Virus record (IMG/VR): IMGVR_UViG_3300044806_000313 | Location: 1-48,268 of that record | DNA: 48,268 nt | Source: a virus | Lineage: Duplodnaviria > Caudoviricetes | Reading direction: 5' to 3' (one strand) | Part shown: positions 18,929 to 27,589 of the stretch, piece by piece | How positions within the stretch are numbered: the first letter of the stretch is position 1 | Layout: each line of letters starts with the position of its first letter | Position numbers and translations under genes: made by a program | Notes under the pieces: model-generated | The model's input: only the letters and a program-made list of their open reading frames with translations | Database searches by the model: none | Told to the model about the DNA's origin: nothing

Positions 18929-19449
18929 ACTCGTGCCCGTGCTGTTCCAACCGCGAAAAACACGAGCGATAGAGCAAGCTCAATAAACCCCAGCAACGCA
19001 GCAATCGTGGCAACCTCGTCACCGAACGCTTTGTCAAGTTTGCTGGCTTGCGTCGCACTTAGCCCAATTTGGTGCGCAATCGTTTTTGAGGTCGTTTTGC
19101 TGGCTGCACTAACCCCTGCCTCAAATTTCTTCACCTGCGCCAAATTGAATGACTCGACGCCCGCCGCCTTTGCGCCGTTGTGGATCAGATAACCAGCGTT
19201 GCAGGCCACGGCAATCGCTAAGACGATTTTCATCAGCGTTTCGCCCTTCACTTCGACGTGGAAGAAAAACAGGGAGACGCAGCCCGCAATGAAGGCAGAG
19301 GCAAAAACCCACGCGCCGAGCTTCGGCCCGTAAGTCTGGAACGCGGCCCAACCGATTGCGCCAACCAAGACGGCGTGAATGAGAATAAACAAGCTCCACT
19401 CGAAAAGGGAGCGCTTCGTTGTCGTTTGTGAGGTCTTTTCGTTTTCCAT
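18907..19449 (-). CDS. Multi-pass (about 4 TM) membrane protein
   Basis: 180 aa with four hydrophobic segments; AGGTGGA RBS. Confidence 0.8.
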   Translation of the reverse strand: MENEKTSQTTTKRSLFEWSLFILIHAVLVGAIGWAAFQTYGPKLGAWVFASAFIAGCVSLFFFHVEVKGETLMKIVLAIAVACNAGYLIHNGAKAAGVESFNLAQVKKFEAGVSAASKTTSKTIAHQIGLSATQASKLDKAFGDEVATIAALLGFIELALSLVFFAVGTARARVPKDQAR

Positions 19450-19474
19450 AATTCCACCTGTGAGGTCGTCCGTT

Positions 19475-19675
19475 TTACTTTGCCTTAGCTTCCTGCCATT
19501 GCATTTCTACTTTATCAACGCGAAACCCGGCTCGCTGCATTGATGACCATTCGCTTTTCCAGCACTCGCAAGCGGCTTTGATGGCCTCTTTGCGCGTGCC
19601 TCGCGTCCAATCCGTAATGATCCACTCTGACCGCTTACCTTGCATTACGATTGCCCAAGCTATTTGCACTCTCAC
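19475..19675 (-). CDS. Hypothetical Trp-rich small protein
   Basis: GTGA-coupled start; part of the early small-ORF array. Confidence 0.5.
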   Translation of the reverse strand: MRVQIAWAIVMQGKRSEWIITDWTRGTRKEAIKAACECWKSEWSSMQRAGFRVDKVEMQWQEAKAK

Positions 19676-19857
19676 GCCGCCACCCCCTTTGCTTTCGCCG
19701 CCCGCGTCAAGCGCGCAACGTAGTTTTTGACAATATGCACGCGCACGCATTTGCACGTGCGGCTTATCGCCGCGCCGTGGTTCGCGTGAACGTGCGCGCT
19801 GTATTTGTGCTGTGTGCCGCAAGGGCAAGTGAAGCTGTGTTTATTTTGGCTCATCAC
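19672..19857 (-). CDS. Small Cys-motif (zinc-ribbon-like) protein
   Basis: CPC...CKC motifs. Confidence 0.55.
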   Translation of the reverse strand: MMSQNKHSFTCPCGTQHKYSAHVHANHGAAISRTCKCVRVHIVKNYVARLTRAAKAKGVAA

Positions 19858-20167
19858 TCACCCCCTGCGCAGACTCAGCGGGGGCCGTAGCCAATAGCGA
19901 AGTCATAGCCCCATGCCGTTCGCGCAGTCGTTTTTCTATTTCAATAAATTTGAGCATCAAGTCTTGCAACGCTTTGAGAGTGACAACCACACGCGCTGTT
20001 TCTATAGCGGTTTCCCGTTTAAGCTCAACGCGGCCATCATCTAACCCGCCCGCTTTAACGGTGTAAGCAAATTCTGCTGTGTTAATAATCAACTCAATCG
20101 CAGCCAGCGGCTTGCCCTCGTCATCAAGCCAATAATCGTTTTCACCGAGCGCGACGATTTGTTTCAT
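19841..20167 (-). CDS. Hypothetical protein
   Basis: AGGAGG RBS before ATG 20167. Confidence 0.6.
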   Translation of the reverse strand: MKQIVALGENDYWLDDEGKPLAAIELIINTAEFAYTVKAGGLDDGRVELKRETAIETARVVVTLKALQDLMLKFIEIEKRLRERHGAMTSLLATAPAESAQGVSDEPK

Positions 20168-20358
20168 TGTGTTGCCTCCTGCGCTTCCGCTTCGCCTTTG
20201 TCGCGCTTGCTCCACATCAGAACAAGCTCAGCCTCTACAAATTCGGGCGATTGCCGCCAATGCTCAAGGCCTGTGCCAGACTCGCCCGCGAATTGGTCAA
20301 CAAACCAGCCAAGCAACCGCAGTGCTTGCTCGTGCGCCGTTTCGGGCTGCTTATTCAT
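20164..20358 (-). CDS. Hypothetical protein
   Basis: Coupled small ORF in the array. Confidence 0.55.
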   Translation of the reverse strand: MNKQPETAHEQALRLLGWFVDQFAGESGTGLEHWRQSPEFVEAELVLMWSKRDKGEAEAQEATQ

Positions 20359-20560
20359 CGCTCACCCCCTGCGCGGCTTCGACTGCCGCTTTGAATGCCA
20401 GGATGCGCTCATCGGCGATCTTGCGATAAATCTTTTGATATTTTGGCGTAATCTTTTGCCAGTATGAAAACTCTTGATTTCGGTCGCCGTCGGAAGCAAT
20501 GCAGAACGCCACGTATTCCCGCAACCAATGCGTTTGCTCGAATGATTTCAATTGCTCCAT
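20351..20560 (-). CDS. Hypothetical protein
   Basis: Coupled small ORF with RBS. Confidence 0.55.
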   Translation of the reverse strand: MEQLKSFEQTHWLREYVAFCIASDGDRNQEFSYWQKITPKYQKIYRKIADERILAFKAAVEAAQGVSDE

Positions 20561-20562
20561 TG

Positions 20563-20847
20563 CTATACTTCCTCCGCTTTGGCGATGGCTGCACGTGCTG
20601 CGTTGAACAAGTCTTCCCAGCTCGTGACGCCCATTCCGTCCGCGTCATCCATTGCGACTAAGCCCTTACACGCTTCCAGTAAATCCAGCGCAGCCGCGAA
20701 TAAGTGAGCATTGGCGCGGTCAAAGCTTTCCGCGAATCCACAAGTCGCAACTTTCATTGAACCCGTTAATCCGCAATCGCCCCAAACCTCATAGCCGCCT
20801 TTGCGAAATTCAACGCGGCAGTTTTTTGTGTGTTTCGTTTCGCTCAT
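20563..20847 (-). CDS. Hypothetical protein of a common phage family ('ANAHLFAAALDLLEACK...ARAAIAKA')
   Basis: The C-terminal motif is frequent in phage early-region ORFs. Confidence 0.7.
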   Translation of the reverse strand: MSETKHTKNCRVEFRKGGYEVWGDCGLTGSMKVATCGFAESFDRANAHLFAAALDLLEACKGLVAMDDADGMGVTSWEDLFNAARAAIAKAEEV

Positions 20848-21002
20848 CTTGCTACCCCCAACAAGCACAGCACGACGACAGCCGCCACCAAGTACCAAAC
20901 GGGCAGCGCGGGCGCGTCAGTCTGCGCAAGATTAAAGTTTCGGTGTCGCACGATGCGACACTTTTGATCGAGTTCTATTTTTCTGTGTGCAGGTAAAGAC
21001 AT
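20844..21002 (-). CDS. 52-aa protein with C-terminal TM segment (not in the ORF track)
   Basis: GGAGG RBS; ends ...PVWYLVAAVVVLCLLGVAR; ATGA-coupled to the next gene. Confidence 0.55.
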   Translation of the reverse strand: MSLPAHRKIELDQKCRIVRHRNFNLAQTDAPALPVWYLVAAVVVLCLLGVAR

Positions 21003-21169
21003 GGTGAGGTGTCCTCCGGTTATTTACACGACGCAGTTGTTCAGGCTGCGCCGTGTTTTGTGGTTTTCAGATACACTCCCAAAGTCCAAGAATTTCACAA
21101 AATGAAATATTTGGTCTCTGGAAAAAATGAAAGAACAGTCAGAGCGGGTCAACCGCCCTCTATCGCCAC

Positions 21170-21553
21170 TTACGCGGCAATCTCGTTTAGCGGCTCAAGC
21201 TGAACCGCGCAATATTCGTCTGCCACTTTCGCGCCGCGTTGCAACACGATCCGATCAATCACCGAATCGTCAAAGCCCAATGTTTTCGCCAGCGCATCGG
21301 CCAAAAGCTTCACGCGATTGTCAATGTCCCGCTTACCGCCGCGATTGAAATAGAACGTCAGCGAAAGTGAAAGCCTTGCGCCTTCCTGGTACTTCCACTT
21401 TTGAACGTGCGCCATGACCATTGCGAACTTGGCAGCTTCCTCTTTGAACTTCCGCGCTTCGTTCGACAGGCACCGCCCGCCACGACCACGCAAGTTGATA
21501 TATGCGTGGTTCGTGGTTGGCGGCATTGGGCAACGAAAAGTGAGTGATTTCAT
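21170..21553 (-). CDS. rusA: RusA-family Holliday junction resolvase
   Basis: Motifs 'PPTTNHAY', 'RDIDNRVKLLADAL' and 'DDSVI'. Confidence 0.9.
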   Translation of the reverse strand: MKSLTFRCPMPPTTNHAYINLRGRGGRCLSNEARKFKEEAAKFAMVMAHVQKWKYQEGARLSLSLTFYFNRGGKRDIDNRVKLLADALAKTLGFDDSVIDRIVLQRGAKVADEYCAVQLEPLNEIAA

Positions 21554-21560
21554 AATTCCT

Positions 21561-21758
21561 CTAGGCCGCAATCGCTTCACGCTCTCGCGCCGTTTCGGAG
21601 CACGAGAGCACGATGAATAATGGCTTGCGTTCTCGCGTTTCATATTGCTGCCCGCACATCGGGCAAACGTAGACGAACACCTCAACCAGCCCGCTAATGC
21701 TGCTTTTGTGCTTGATGAATTTGGGCGTTCGCATTTGGCCTTTGCAGTAGTCCATCAC
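21561..21758 (-). CDS. Small zinc-ribbon-like protein
   Basis: CPMCG motif. Confidence 0.5.
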   Translation of the reverse strand: MMDYCKGQMRTPKFIKHKSSISGLVEVFVYVCPMCGQQYETRERKPLFIVLSCSETAREREAIAA

Positions 21759-21973
21759 TTTGCTACCTCCTCAAATTCGCATAAGGTTAAATCAAGCCCG
21801 CTTTCGTAAGCCGTGCCGCAGGCGTTGCAAATCGCGTCAACCGTGCCCGATTCAGCGCGTTGCAGTATCAGCGTGTTGCAGTGCAAAATCTCAAACCACT
21901 CGTCATCGCCTTCCATTTTGGCGATTTGCTCAAACGATGCGCCGCCACAAGGGCATGTAATTACTTCGCTCAT
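21755..21973 (-). CDS. Small zinc-ribbon-like protein
   Basis: CPCGG...CNACG motifs. Confidence 0.55.
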   Translation of the reverse strand: MSEVITCPCGGASFEQIAKMEGDDEWFEILHCNTLILQRAESGTVDAICNACGTAYESGLDLTLCEFEEVAK

Positions 21974-22185
21974 TTTGCCACCTCAACAGTCACGTTCACC
22001 TTGACCACTTTTGCGCGCTTGCCTGCGAACATTAGCGCGAATTTCGCACGCGGAATCCTTGCGTCGGCGCGGCTGAACGCGAGCACCGGGCGCGGATTCC
22101 GTAGCAGGTCGTGCAATGCGAATTCCTGCGCTTTCGTTTTCTTGTCGGTCAGCAAGATGGCGTATGCGGTGATCGTGTTTTTCAT
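21970..22185 (-). CDS. Hypothetical protein
   Basis: Coupled ORF with RBS. Confidence 0.5.
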   Translation of the reverse strand: MKNTITAYAILLTDKKTKAQEFALHDLLRNPRPVLAFSRADARIPRAKFALMFAGKRAKVVKVNVTVEVAK

Positions 22186-22351
22186 TTCGCCGCCTCTCGC
22201 AAGCACCCTTCCGTGCTCGTGCCTTGTATTGTTTCGCCTCGAAACGTGTAGTAGATCACGCCAAACACGGCGCTGATTGCTTCGATCTTGACGGCGTGCA
22301 TCTTCGCGCCGTCGTAGAATCGCACCCGCTGGCCTATGTGGTATTTCGTGC

Positions 22352-22537
22352 TCACGCTGCCACCTCCGCAGCTTCCGCTTGCGGGTTCACTTCGAGCACA
22401 GTTATGCGCGCCGCTTGCGGGTTCGCTTCACGCGCTGCCATTACAGCCAAGTTGACCATTTCGCTCATGCTCGTGACAGGCACTTCATAGCGCACGGTCT
22501 TGCGTTCGGTAATTTCTATCTGAGCTTCAAAAGTCAT
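22352..22537 (-). CDS. Hypothetical protein
   Basis: Start overlaps the end of dnaB; GGGAG RBS. Confidence 0.5.
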   Translation of the reverse strand: MTFEAQIEITERKTVRYEVPVTSMSEMVNLAVMAAREANPQAARITVLEVNPQAEAAEVAA

Positions 22538-23903
22538 TGCCAATCTCCCTATTTTCAAACCAAGCGAATGTTGGCTCCCAATTGAGCGTGATTGTGCGCA
22601 AAGCGCCATTGCGTTGCTTTGCAATGTTCCATTCTGCCTCTGTTTCGTCGGCGTTCTTGTCGTAGTAATGCTCTCGATGCGGAAAGATAACTACGTCCGC
22701 GTTTTGCTCCAATGATCCAGAATCACGCAGATCTGATAGCTGCGGCCTTTTGTTCGCGCGACTTTCATTCGCGCGGCTCAACTGGCTGAGCAAGATGTAG
22801 GGGATGCCAAATTGCTTAGCCAATGCCTTTTGATATTTCGTAATCCAGTCAAGCAAAACGTTATTATTGTCCGTGTGTCGTCCGCTGTACTGGCAAAAGC
22901 CTAAGTGGTCGCAAAACACAGCGTTGATCCGCTTATGCTTCCGTTCGATCTTGCGCAGAATTGCCCCTTGCGACTGAACAGACGCGGCATCTTGCCCGCC
23001 GTAAATCGTCAATGGCCATCCGGCAATGCGCGCCTGAGCATCGGCAAGCCGCGTCCATTCCTCACGCGTCAGTCGTTTGTTGCGCGCGCGCTGGCTGTCA
23101 ACTTTGGCAATCCCGCAAGCCAAGCGCGCGGCGAACGACTCTGGCGACATTTCGAGCGAAAAAACTATGGTCTGTCCTTCGTCGTTAAATCGGCTTTCAG
23201 CTACGCCTTGCACGAGTCGCGCGGCTGCGCTGGTTTTGCCCATTGAGGGGCGCGCGCCTACCAGAATTAAATCTTCGCGCTGCATTCCGCCGAGCGTGTA
23301 ATCAAGCGCATTCAGCCCGGTCGCCACGCCTAGAAACGGCTTTTCGCTGGCGTACAGTTCGCCAAGCTCGCGCAGGTAAAGCTCAACCGCTTCGCCGCCC
23401 GTGTAACCTTCGCTAATCGTGCGTCCGGCTTCAATGTCGTCAAGGTCTTTGCGTAGCGTTGTGATCTGAGCATCCGGCAAAATTTCGTCATCAATCGCGC
23501 GCGTCATTGCCGCATTGCTCGCGTTTATCAGCCTGCGCGCGGTGGATGCGTCAAGCACGAGCCTGATGTACGGCTCAACGTTCGAGAAACGCGGGCAACC
23601 ATCGAAAAGTGAAGCGATGTAAGCCGCGCCGCCCACGCCGTCAATGTCACCCGTCGCGCGCAGTTCGTCACAAAGTGAAACAGGCTCAACCATTCCCGTC
23701 CGCTCGTGAAGCTTGCACATAGCGGCAAAAATCTTGCCGTTGCTTGGCACGAAGAAATCGCGCGCAGTCAGTCGCGCGGCAACTTCGCCAAGCACGAGAT
23801 TGTCTAGCAGGATGATGCCTAGCAGCATTCGCTCCGCGTCCGTGTTGTGCGGGAGCGGTTTGTCTAAAACGTCTTTGAGTTGTGAGGATTTCGCGTTGCT
23901 CAT
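22527..23903 (-). CDS. dnaB: Replicative DNA helicase, DnaB family
   Basis: N-terminal 'LPHNTDAERMLLG'; Walker A GARPSMGKT; FSLEM; LSQLSR; LRDSGSLEQNADV. Confidence 0.97.
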   Translation of the reverse strand: MSNAKSSQLKDVLDKPLPHNTDAERMLLGIILLDNLVLGEVAARLTARDFFVPSNGKIFAAMCKLHERTGMVEPVSLCDELRATGDIDGVGGAAYIASLFDGCPRFSNVEPYIRLVLDASTARRLINASNAAMTRAIDDEILPDAQITTLRKDLDDIEAGRTISEGYTGGEAVELYLRELGELYASEKPFLGVATGLNALDYTLGGMQREDLILVGARPSMGKTSAAARLVQGVAESRFNDEGQTIVFSLEMSPESFAARLACGIAKVDSQRARNKRLTREEWTRLADAQARIAGWPLTIYGGQDAASVQSQGAILRKIERKHKRINAVFCDHLGFCQYSGRHTDNNNVLLDWITKYQKALAKQFGIPYILLSQLSRANESRANKRPQLSDLRDSGSLEQNADVVIFPHREHYYDKNADETEAEWNIAKQRNGALRTITLNWEPTFAWFENREIGNDF

Positions 23904-24694
23904 TTTGCTTTTTGCTGACAGGTGCATTCTTCGGGCGGGTTCAATGCCACGCCGTTACGCTTGAAAATAAATCCTGAGCCATCACAGGCACAGGCGCGTT
24001 TCGCAGGCGTCGCTCGCGCGCTCTTTCGAGCCTGCCACGCTGCCACCGCTTGATCGTCTTTGCCGTTTTTCAACGCCCACCGCGCGCGATTGATCGCTTC
24101 CGCGTCGGTCACGCATTTGCCCATTTCACGGTGAAAGCTTTCGTAGGTTTGAAAATCGTACTTGCCAACGTTTGCGCTCCCGTCCCTAACCATTGCCGTC
24201 GCTGCTGCTGCGACCCGCTGATAGTGCTTCTGCTCAGCAGCAACGGTTAATATGGTTAATGGTTCTATGTCTATATATGCACCACTCGTTTTGTCACCCT
24301 TTGGCTCGATTTTGTCACCCTTTGATGGCTCGTTTGTCACCCTTTGCGGTTCAATAGGTGCGATTTTGTCACCCTTTGCTGTCACCCTTTCAGCGTCTAA
24401 AGGGTGAAGACTGTTGTCACCCTTTGCGACTTGCGGAAGTGCAATTGTGTAGCGCGTAAAATTACCTTTTCCGTTGCCGCGAACGATTAAAAGTTCGCCT
24501 GTTTTTTCCAGTTCTTTGATGTAGCGGATCAATGTGCGCTCTGAAAGATTGGCTTCGGATGAAATGAGTTCGTATCCGGCTGACGCTGTGAACGTATCCG
24601 CGCTCGCGTGCGTGGCAATGACCATCAGGACAAGCCGTGCCTCCGCTTTTGTGCGTGAATATTTCATTACTGATTCAACCGCCTGATAGCTCAT
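23900..24694 (-). CDS. Replication initiator (winged-helix, lambda O-like role)
   Basis: N-terminal wHTH 'LSERTLIRYIKELEKTGEL'; internal iterons; ATGA-coupled to dnaB; C-terminal Cys motif. Confidence 0.85.
   Translation of the reverse strand: MSYQAVESVMKYSRTKAEARLVLMVIATHASADTFTASAGYELISSEANLSERTLIRYIKELEKTGELLIVRGNGKGNFTRYTIALPQVAKGDNSLHPLDAERVTAKGDKIAPIEPQRVTNEPSKGDKIEPKGDKTSGAYIDIEPLTILTVAAEQKHYQRVAAAATAMVRDGSANVGKYDFQTYESFHREMGKCVTDAEAINRARWALKNGKDDQAVAAWQARKSARATPAKRACACDGSGFIFKRNGVALNPPEECTCQQKAK
24246..24425. repeat. Probable replication origin: six TGTCACCCTTT iterons plus an adjacent AT-rich tract
   Basis: Copies at 24292, 24313, 24335, 24367, 24380, 24415; partial inverted copy at 24399; AT-rich 24246-24280. 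Confidence 0.85.
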
Positions 24695-24704
24695 CGCTCA
24701 CCTG

Positions 24705-24920
24705 TGAAGTGTCACCTAAAACGCAGAAAGCCCGCTCAGCGCAAAGGCTAAACGGGCTTTAGACAAACAAAACCCGCGTAGCCGTTCCTTTACCGACTTC
24801 TGAAGTTGCGACACCTAAGAAGCGAACGCACCACGCGGGCACTTTGATTAAAATCGAATATGTAAAAGAAATCAAACGGCTTGCGGGCCGATGTTCATTC
24901 TTCTTAGGTGTCGCTGAATT
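24705..24920 (-). ncRNA. Structured leader or antisense RNA element (C4/CI-like) upstream of the replication genes
   Basis: Perfect 15-bp inverted repeat 24808-24822/24900-24914, alternative stems and terminator-like hairpins. Confidence 0.55.
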
Positions 24921-25000
24921 CATAATAGCTAACTCGTGCCGCTTTGTACAGAGAAATAACTTGCATTTAGTAACATAGACCACAAATTGCGGCGATTATG

Positions 25001-25243
25001 TTACTCGACCTTCATCGCGTAAATTTCATCAGGCGAGGGCAAGCCTAACGTGCTCCATAAGTTATTGCGGATTGCGTGATCTATCGCCATAAGTTGCTTT
25101 GATTGTTCAAGCGTAATGACGCCTGAAACTGAAATACTGCATTCCGTAAAATCGGCGTAGCGACGATCTACCATCACCTCAAAAATAACGGCTTTACGCG
25201 CTATTGCCATTTCTTTGCATCGTTTCTTTTCTGCTCTATTCAT
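25001..25243 (-). CDS. Hypothetical protein
   Basis: ATGA-coupled ORF. Confidence 0.55.
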   Translation of the reverse strand: MNRAEKKRCKEMAIARKAVIFEVMVDRRYADFTECSISVSGVITLEQSKQLMAIDHAIRNNLWSTLGLPSPDEIYAMKVE

Positions 25244-25431
25244 AACTGATTTTCTCCATTCTCAAATAATCCAAACAGCGGCAAGTCCGGATCTCGCTCA
25301 ACTTCCGCCAATGCTTCAGCGAGCGCCTTTTCAAGCTGTTCAATGCGTTCCCAATACTCATAAGCCGTCCACACGGGCGGATGCGGCGTGGCAAGTAGCT
25401 GAGTTATTTCATCGTGGCGCGTGGCTTTCAT
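25240..25431 (-). CDS. Hypothetical protein
   Basis: ORF in the contiguous array. Confidence 0.55.
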   Translation of the reverse strand: MKATRHDEITQLLATPHPPVWTAYEYWERIEQLEKALAEALAEVERDPDLPLFGLFENGENQL

Positions 25432-25671
25432 TTACCCTTCCAACCCATACGCTGCCAGCGGTACGCCCGACAACGCGATCCACTTGATTACGCGGCGCGA
25501 TTGCGCGTGTTTGTGCCGTTGATAAGCGGCGTAAGCTTGTCGCAGCGGGCAACACGAACGTTCAAAACCTTGGCAGTAACTCAACGTGCATTCAATGCAG
25601 ATGCGCGCTTGAATTTCTTTTGTCCATCGCATCGGTTTAATAGGTGCAAGTTGCTGCTCTGAATAGCTCAT
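25432..25671 (-). CDS. Cys-rich hypothetical protein
   Basis: CxxC...C...CC pattern. Confidence 0.5.
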   Translation of the reverse strand: MSYSEQQLAPIKPMRWTKEIQARICIECTLSYCQGFERSCCPLRQAYAAYQRHKHAQSRRVIKWIALSGVPLAAYGLEG

Positions 25672-25674
25672 TAG

Positions 25675-25881
25675 TTACTTTGCCTTTTTGACTTTCGCCT
25701 TCCGTCTCGGCTCAACTAAATAAACCTGATAGTTGAATATCTTGTGCTCGCGGTCGCACTCGGGGCAGGTATGGAACAGCCATTCGTAAGCGTGCGCGGC
25801 AACGTATGCGCCAAACGCGTATTCCTCGCCACATTCGCAAGTGAACCCTTTGGGAATCGGTTTTGCTATTTCAGTTTGCAT
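25675..25881 (-). CDS. Zinc-ribbon-like protein
   Basis: CECG...CPEC; resembles the ORF at 19672-19857 (FTC.CG...AY/HV.A). Confidence 0.6.
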   Translation of the reverse strand: MQTEIAKPIPKGFTCECGEEYAFGAYVAAHAYEWLFHTCPECDREHKIFNYQVYLVEPRRKAKVKKAK

Positions 25882-26199
25882 AGTTACTAACTCCTAACTC
25901 TTGCAAGCCTGTGCCTGTTACCGATCGGCCTTTGCGATAGCTGCGCGAAGCAATGGCCGCAAACTGGCTTCTGCCAGAATTTCGAGATAAAGAGCGCCAA
26001 GGAAAGCCCGCTGGCGTTGCATCGTGTGCATTTGTTCATCGTGTTGCTCCTTTGTGAAAATAACGGGCGCAGTTGTAAGCCGCGCCCGTGCCTGTGAGTC
26101 TGCCACCGCTTTTCAGATTTTTGGATTAGTACCTCAGTGACTTCGTGACGCTCGCAGGATTGCTGCGGCCTAGTGCCGCTCAGGCAGGCGGCAATCTGT

Positions 26200-26568
26200 T
26201 TATTTAAGACTTGCCGTTTCATATTCAAGCATTGCCAGCGCTTGACGATGTTCGGCGCGCAACCGCTCAATGCGAGCTTCCAAAAACACACGCTCTTTTT
26301 TCGCTTCGGCAATGGCGACCTGTTGAGCTGCGCAGAATTCAGACTCCGCAACCAGGCGTTTCACTTCGGCCTTGCGCGCTGTCTCATTTGAAAAAACTGG
26401 CTTGCCTGCCTCATTCAAGGCGGCAGCAACGTTGGCCTCGGCGGCTGCAATAAAGCCGTCAAGCGATTCTTGAACGGCAATCTCTTTTGATTGCAGGTCG
26501 TGCAAATCAATGCGGCATCGTTCGATAATTTCAGGGTAATTTTTCTCGGTTAAAATATTGGCGATCAT
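26200..26568 (-). CDS. Coiled-coil hypothetical protein
   Basis: AAGGAG RBS; 'FSNETARKAE' followed by a helical region. Confidence 0.7.
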   Translation of the reverse strand: MIANILTEKNYPEIIERCRIDLHDLQSKEIAVQESLDGFIAAAEANVAAALNEAGKPVFSNETARKAEVKRLVAESEFCAAQQVAIAEAKKERVFLEARIERLRAEHRQALAMLEYETASLK

Positions 26569-26683
26569 AATGCTCCTTTGTTAGTTACTAAGTTATTTCT
26601 TACGGGCGCGATCATTCCCACGTTGACCGCGCCCGATGCGCGCAGCTCTCCCTGCCTGCTATCAGGCTTGCGGCGCAATGTTG

Positions 26684-27568
26684 TTAGCGATCCCCATGGT
26701 CTTGCATTTCAGCGTCAAGCTGAGGGTTTTCGTTGGCTTCGACTTCGGCAATCAGCCCGTCAATGATCCCCTGCAAATCGTCGGCGGTGAATTGCTCAAG
26801 CCATTGCTGGAACGTGTAGCCGTTCTGTTCCGGTAAATCAGGAACGTTCTCTTTCATCCAAGCTGTCATGCGTGCTGGTGTGTTATATCCGGCGGTTTTG
26901 GCGACTTTTTTTAGCGTGGCGATTAGCTCGGCCTTACCTTCGTCAACTATTACAGGCTGCGCGGCTTTCGGAGCTTCACGCACGACCGTTGCTTCGACCG
27001 TCACGTTTTGCTCGTTGCCCATTTCTTCTTGCGTGTAAATGCCGCCAAGCTCGGCAGGGAAGGCTTTGCGCAGCGCCAGTGCTTCGGCGCATTTTGCCAG
27101 CATCAAGCGCGGCATCTTGCTCCAAGTGCGGTTTGGGTTGCCGTCCTTCGTCGTTTGCACATATTCATCATAAAAAGCGGTTGCGCTGATTGTGTGCCAT
27201 TCGCCGCCAACGCTCTTTTTGACATAGGCCGTTGCGCTCAAAAGATGCCCATCACGGTCGTATTTCAATTCGGCGTCTTGCCCCGGCACGTAGCGATTTG
27301 TGCGATCAGCCATTGCCCGGTAGCCGTCAATCGTTGTCATCGGCGTGCGAATCTCTTTGCCGAGCTTCGCGTCCCAACGGCCAACCAACGTGATTTGGTT
27401 GCTGAAAATGTCCAACCCTTTGCGCTGCGCAATTTCAATAAAGAGCGCAAGCTCTGCATCTGATGCGCCTTTCGCGTAGGTGTCCTTGATGAGTTGGATT
27501 TGCTCACGGCCATACGTGGCGAGCGATTGCGGTTGTTCGATTGTTGCGAGTGCGGTTGCTTGGCTCAT
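26684..27568 (-). CDS. bet: Phage recombinase, Bet/RecT single-strand annealing family
   Basis: Motifs 'GLDIFSNQI', 'IDGYRAMADRT' and 'WSKMPRLMLAKCAEALALRKAFP...GIYTQEEM'. Confidence 0.93.
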   Translation of the reverse strand: MSQATALATIEQPQSLATYGREQIQLIKDTYAKGASDAELALFIEIAQRKGLDIFSNQITLVGRWDAKLGKEIRTPMTTIDGYRAMADRTNRYVPGQDAELKYDRDGHLLSATAYVKKSVGGEWHTISATAFYDEYVQTTKDGNPNRTWSKMPRLMLAKCAEALALRKAFPAELGGIYTQEEMGNEQNVTVEATVVREAPKAAQPVIVDEGKAELIATLKKVAKTAGYNTPARMTAWMKENVPDLPEQNGYTFQQWLEQFTADDLQGIIDGLIAEVEANENPQLDAEMQDHGDR

Positions 27569-27589
27569 AATTGCTCCCTGTTGCTTCCG

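Noticed and set aside
24759-24983. 74-aa ORF upstream of the initiator gene
   Set aside because: Coincides with the inverted-repeat RNA structure and has no clear RBS; a leader peptide cannot be fully excluded
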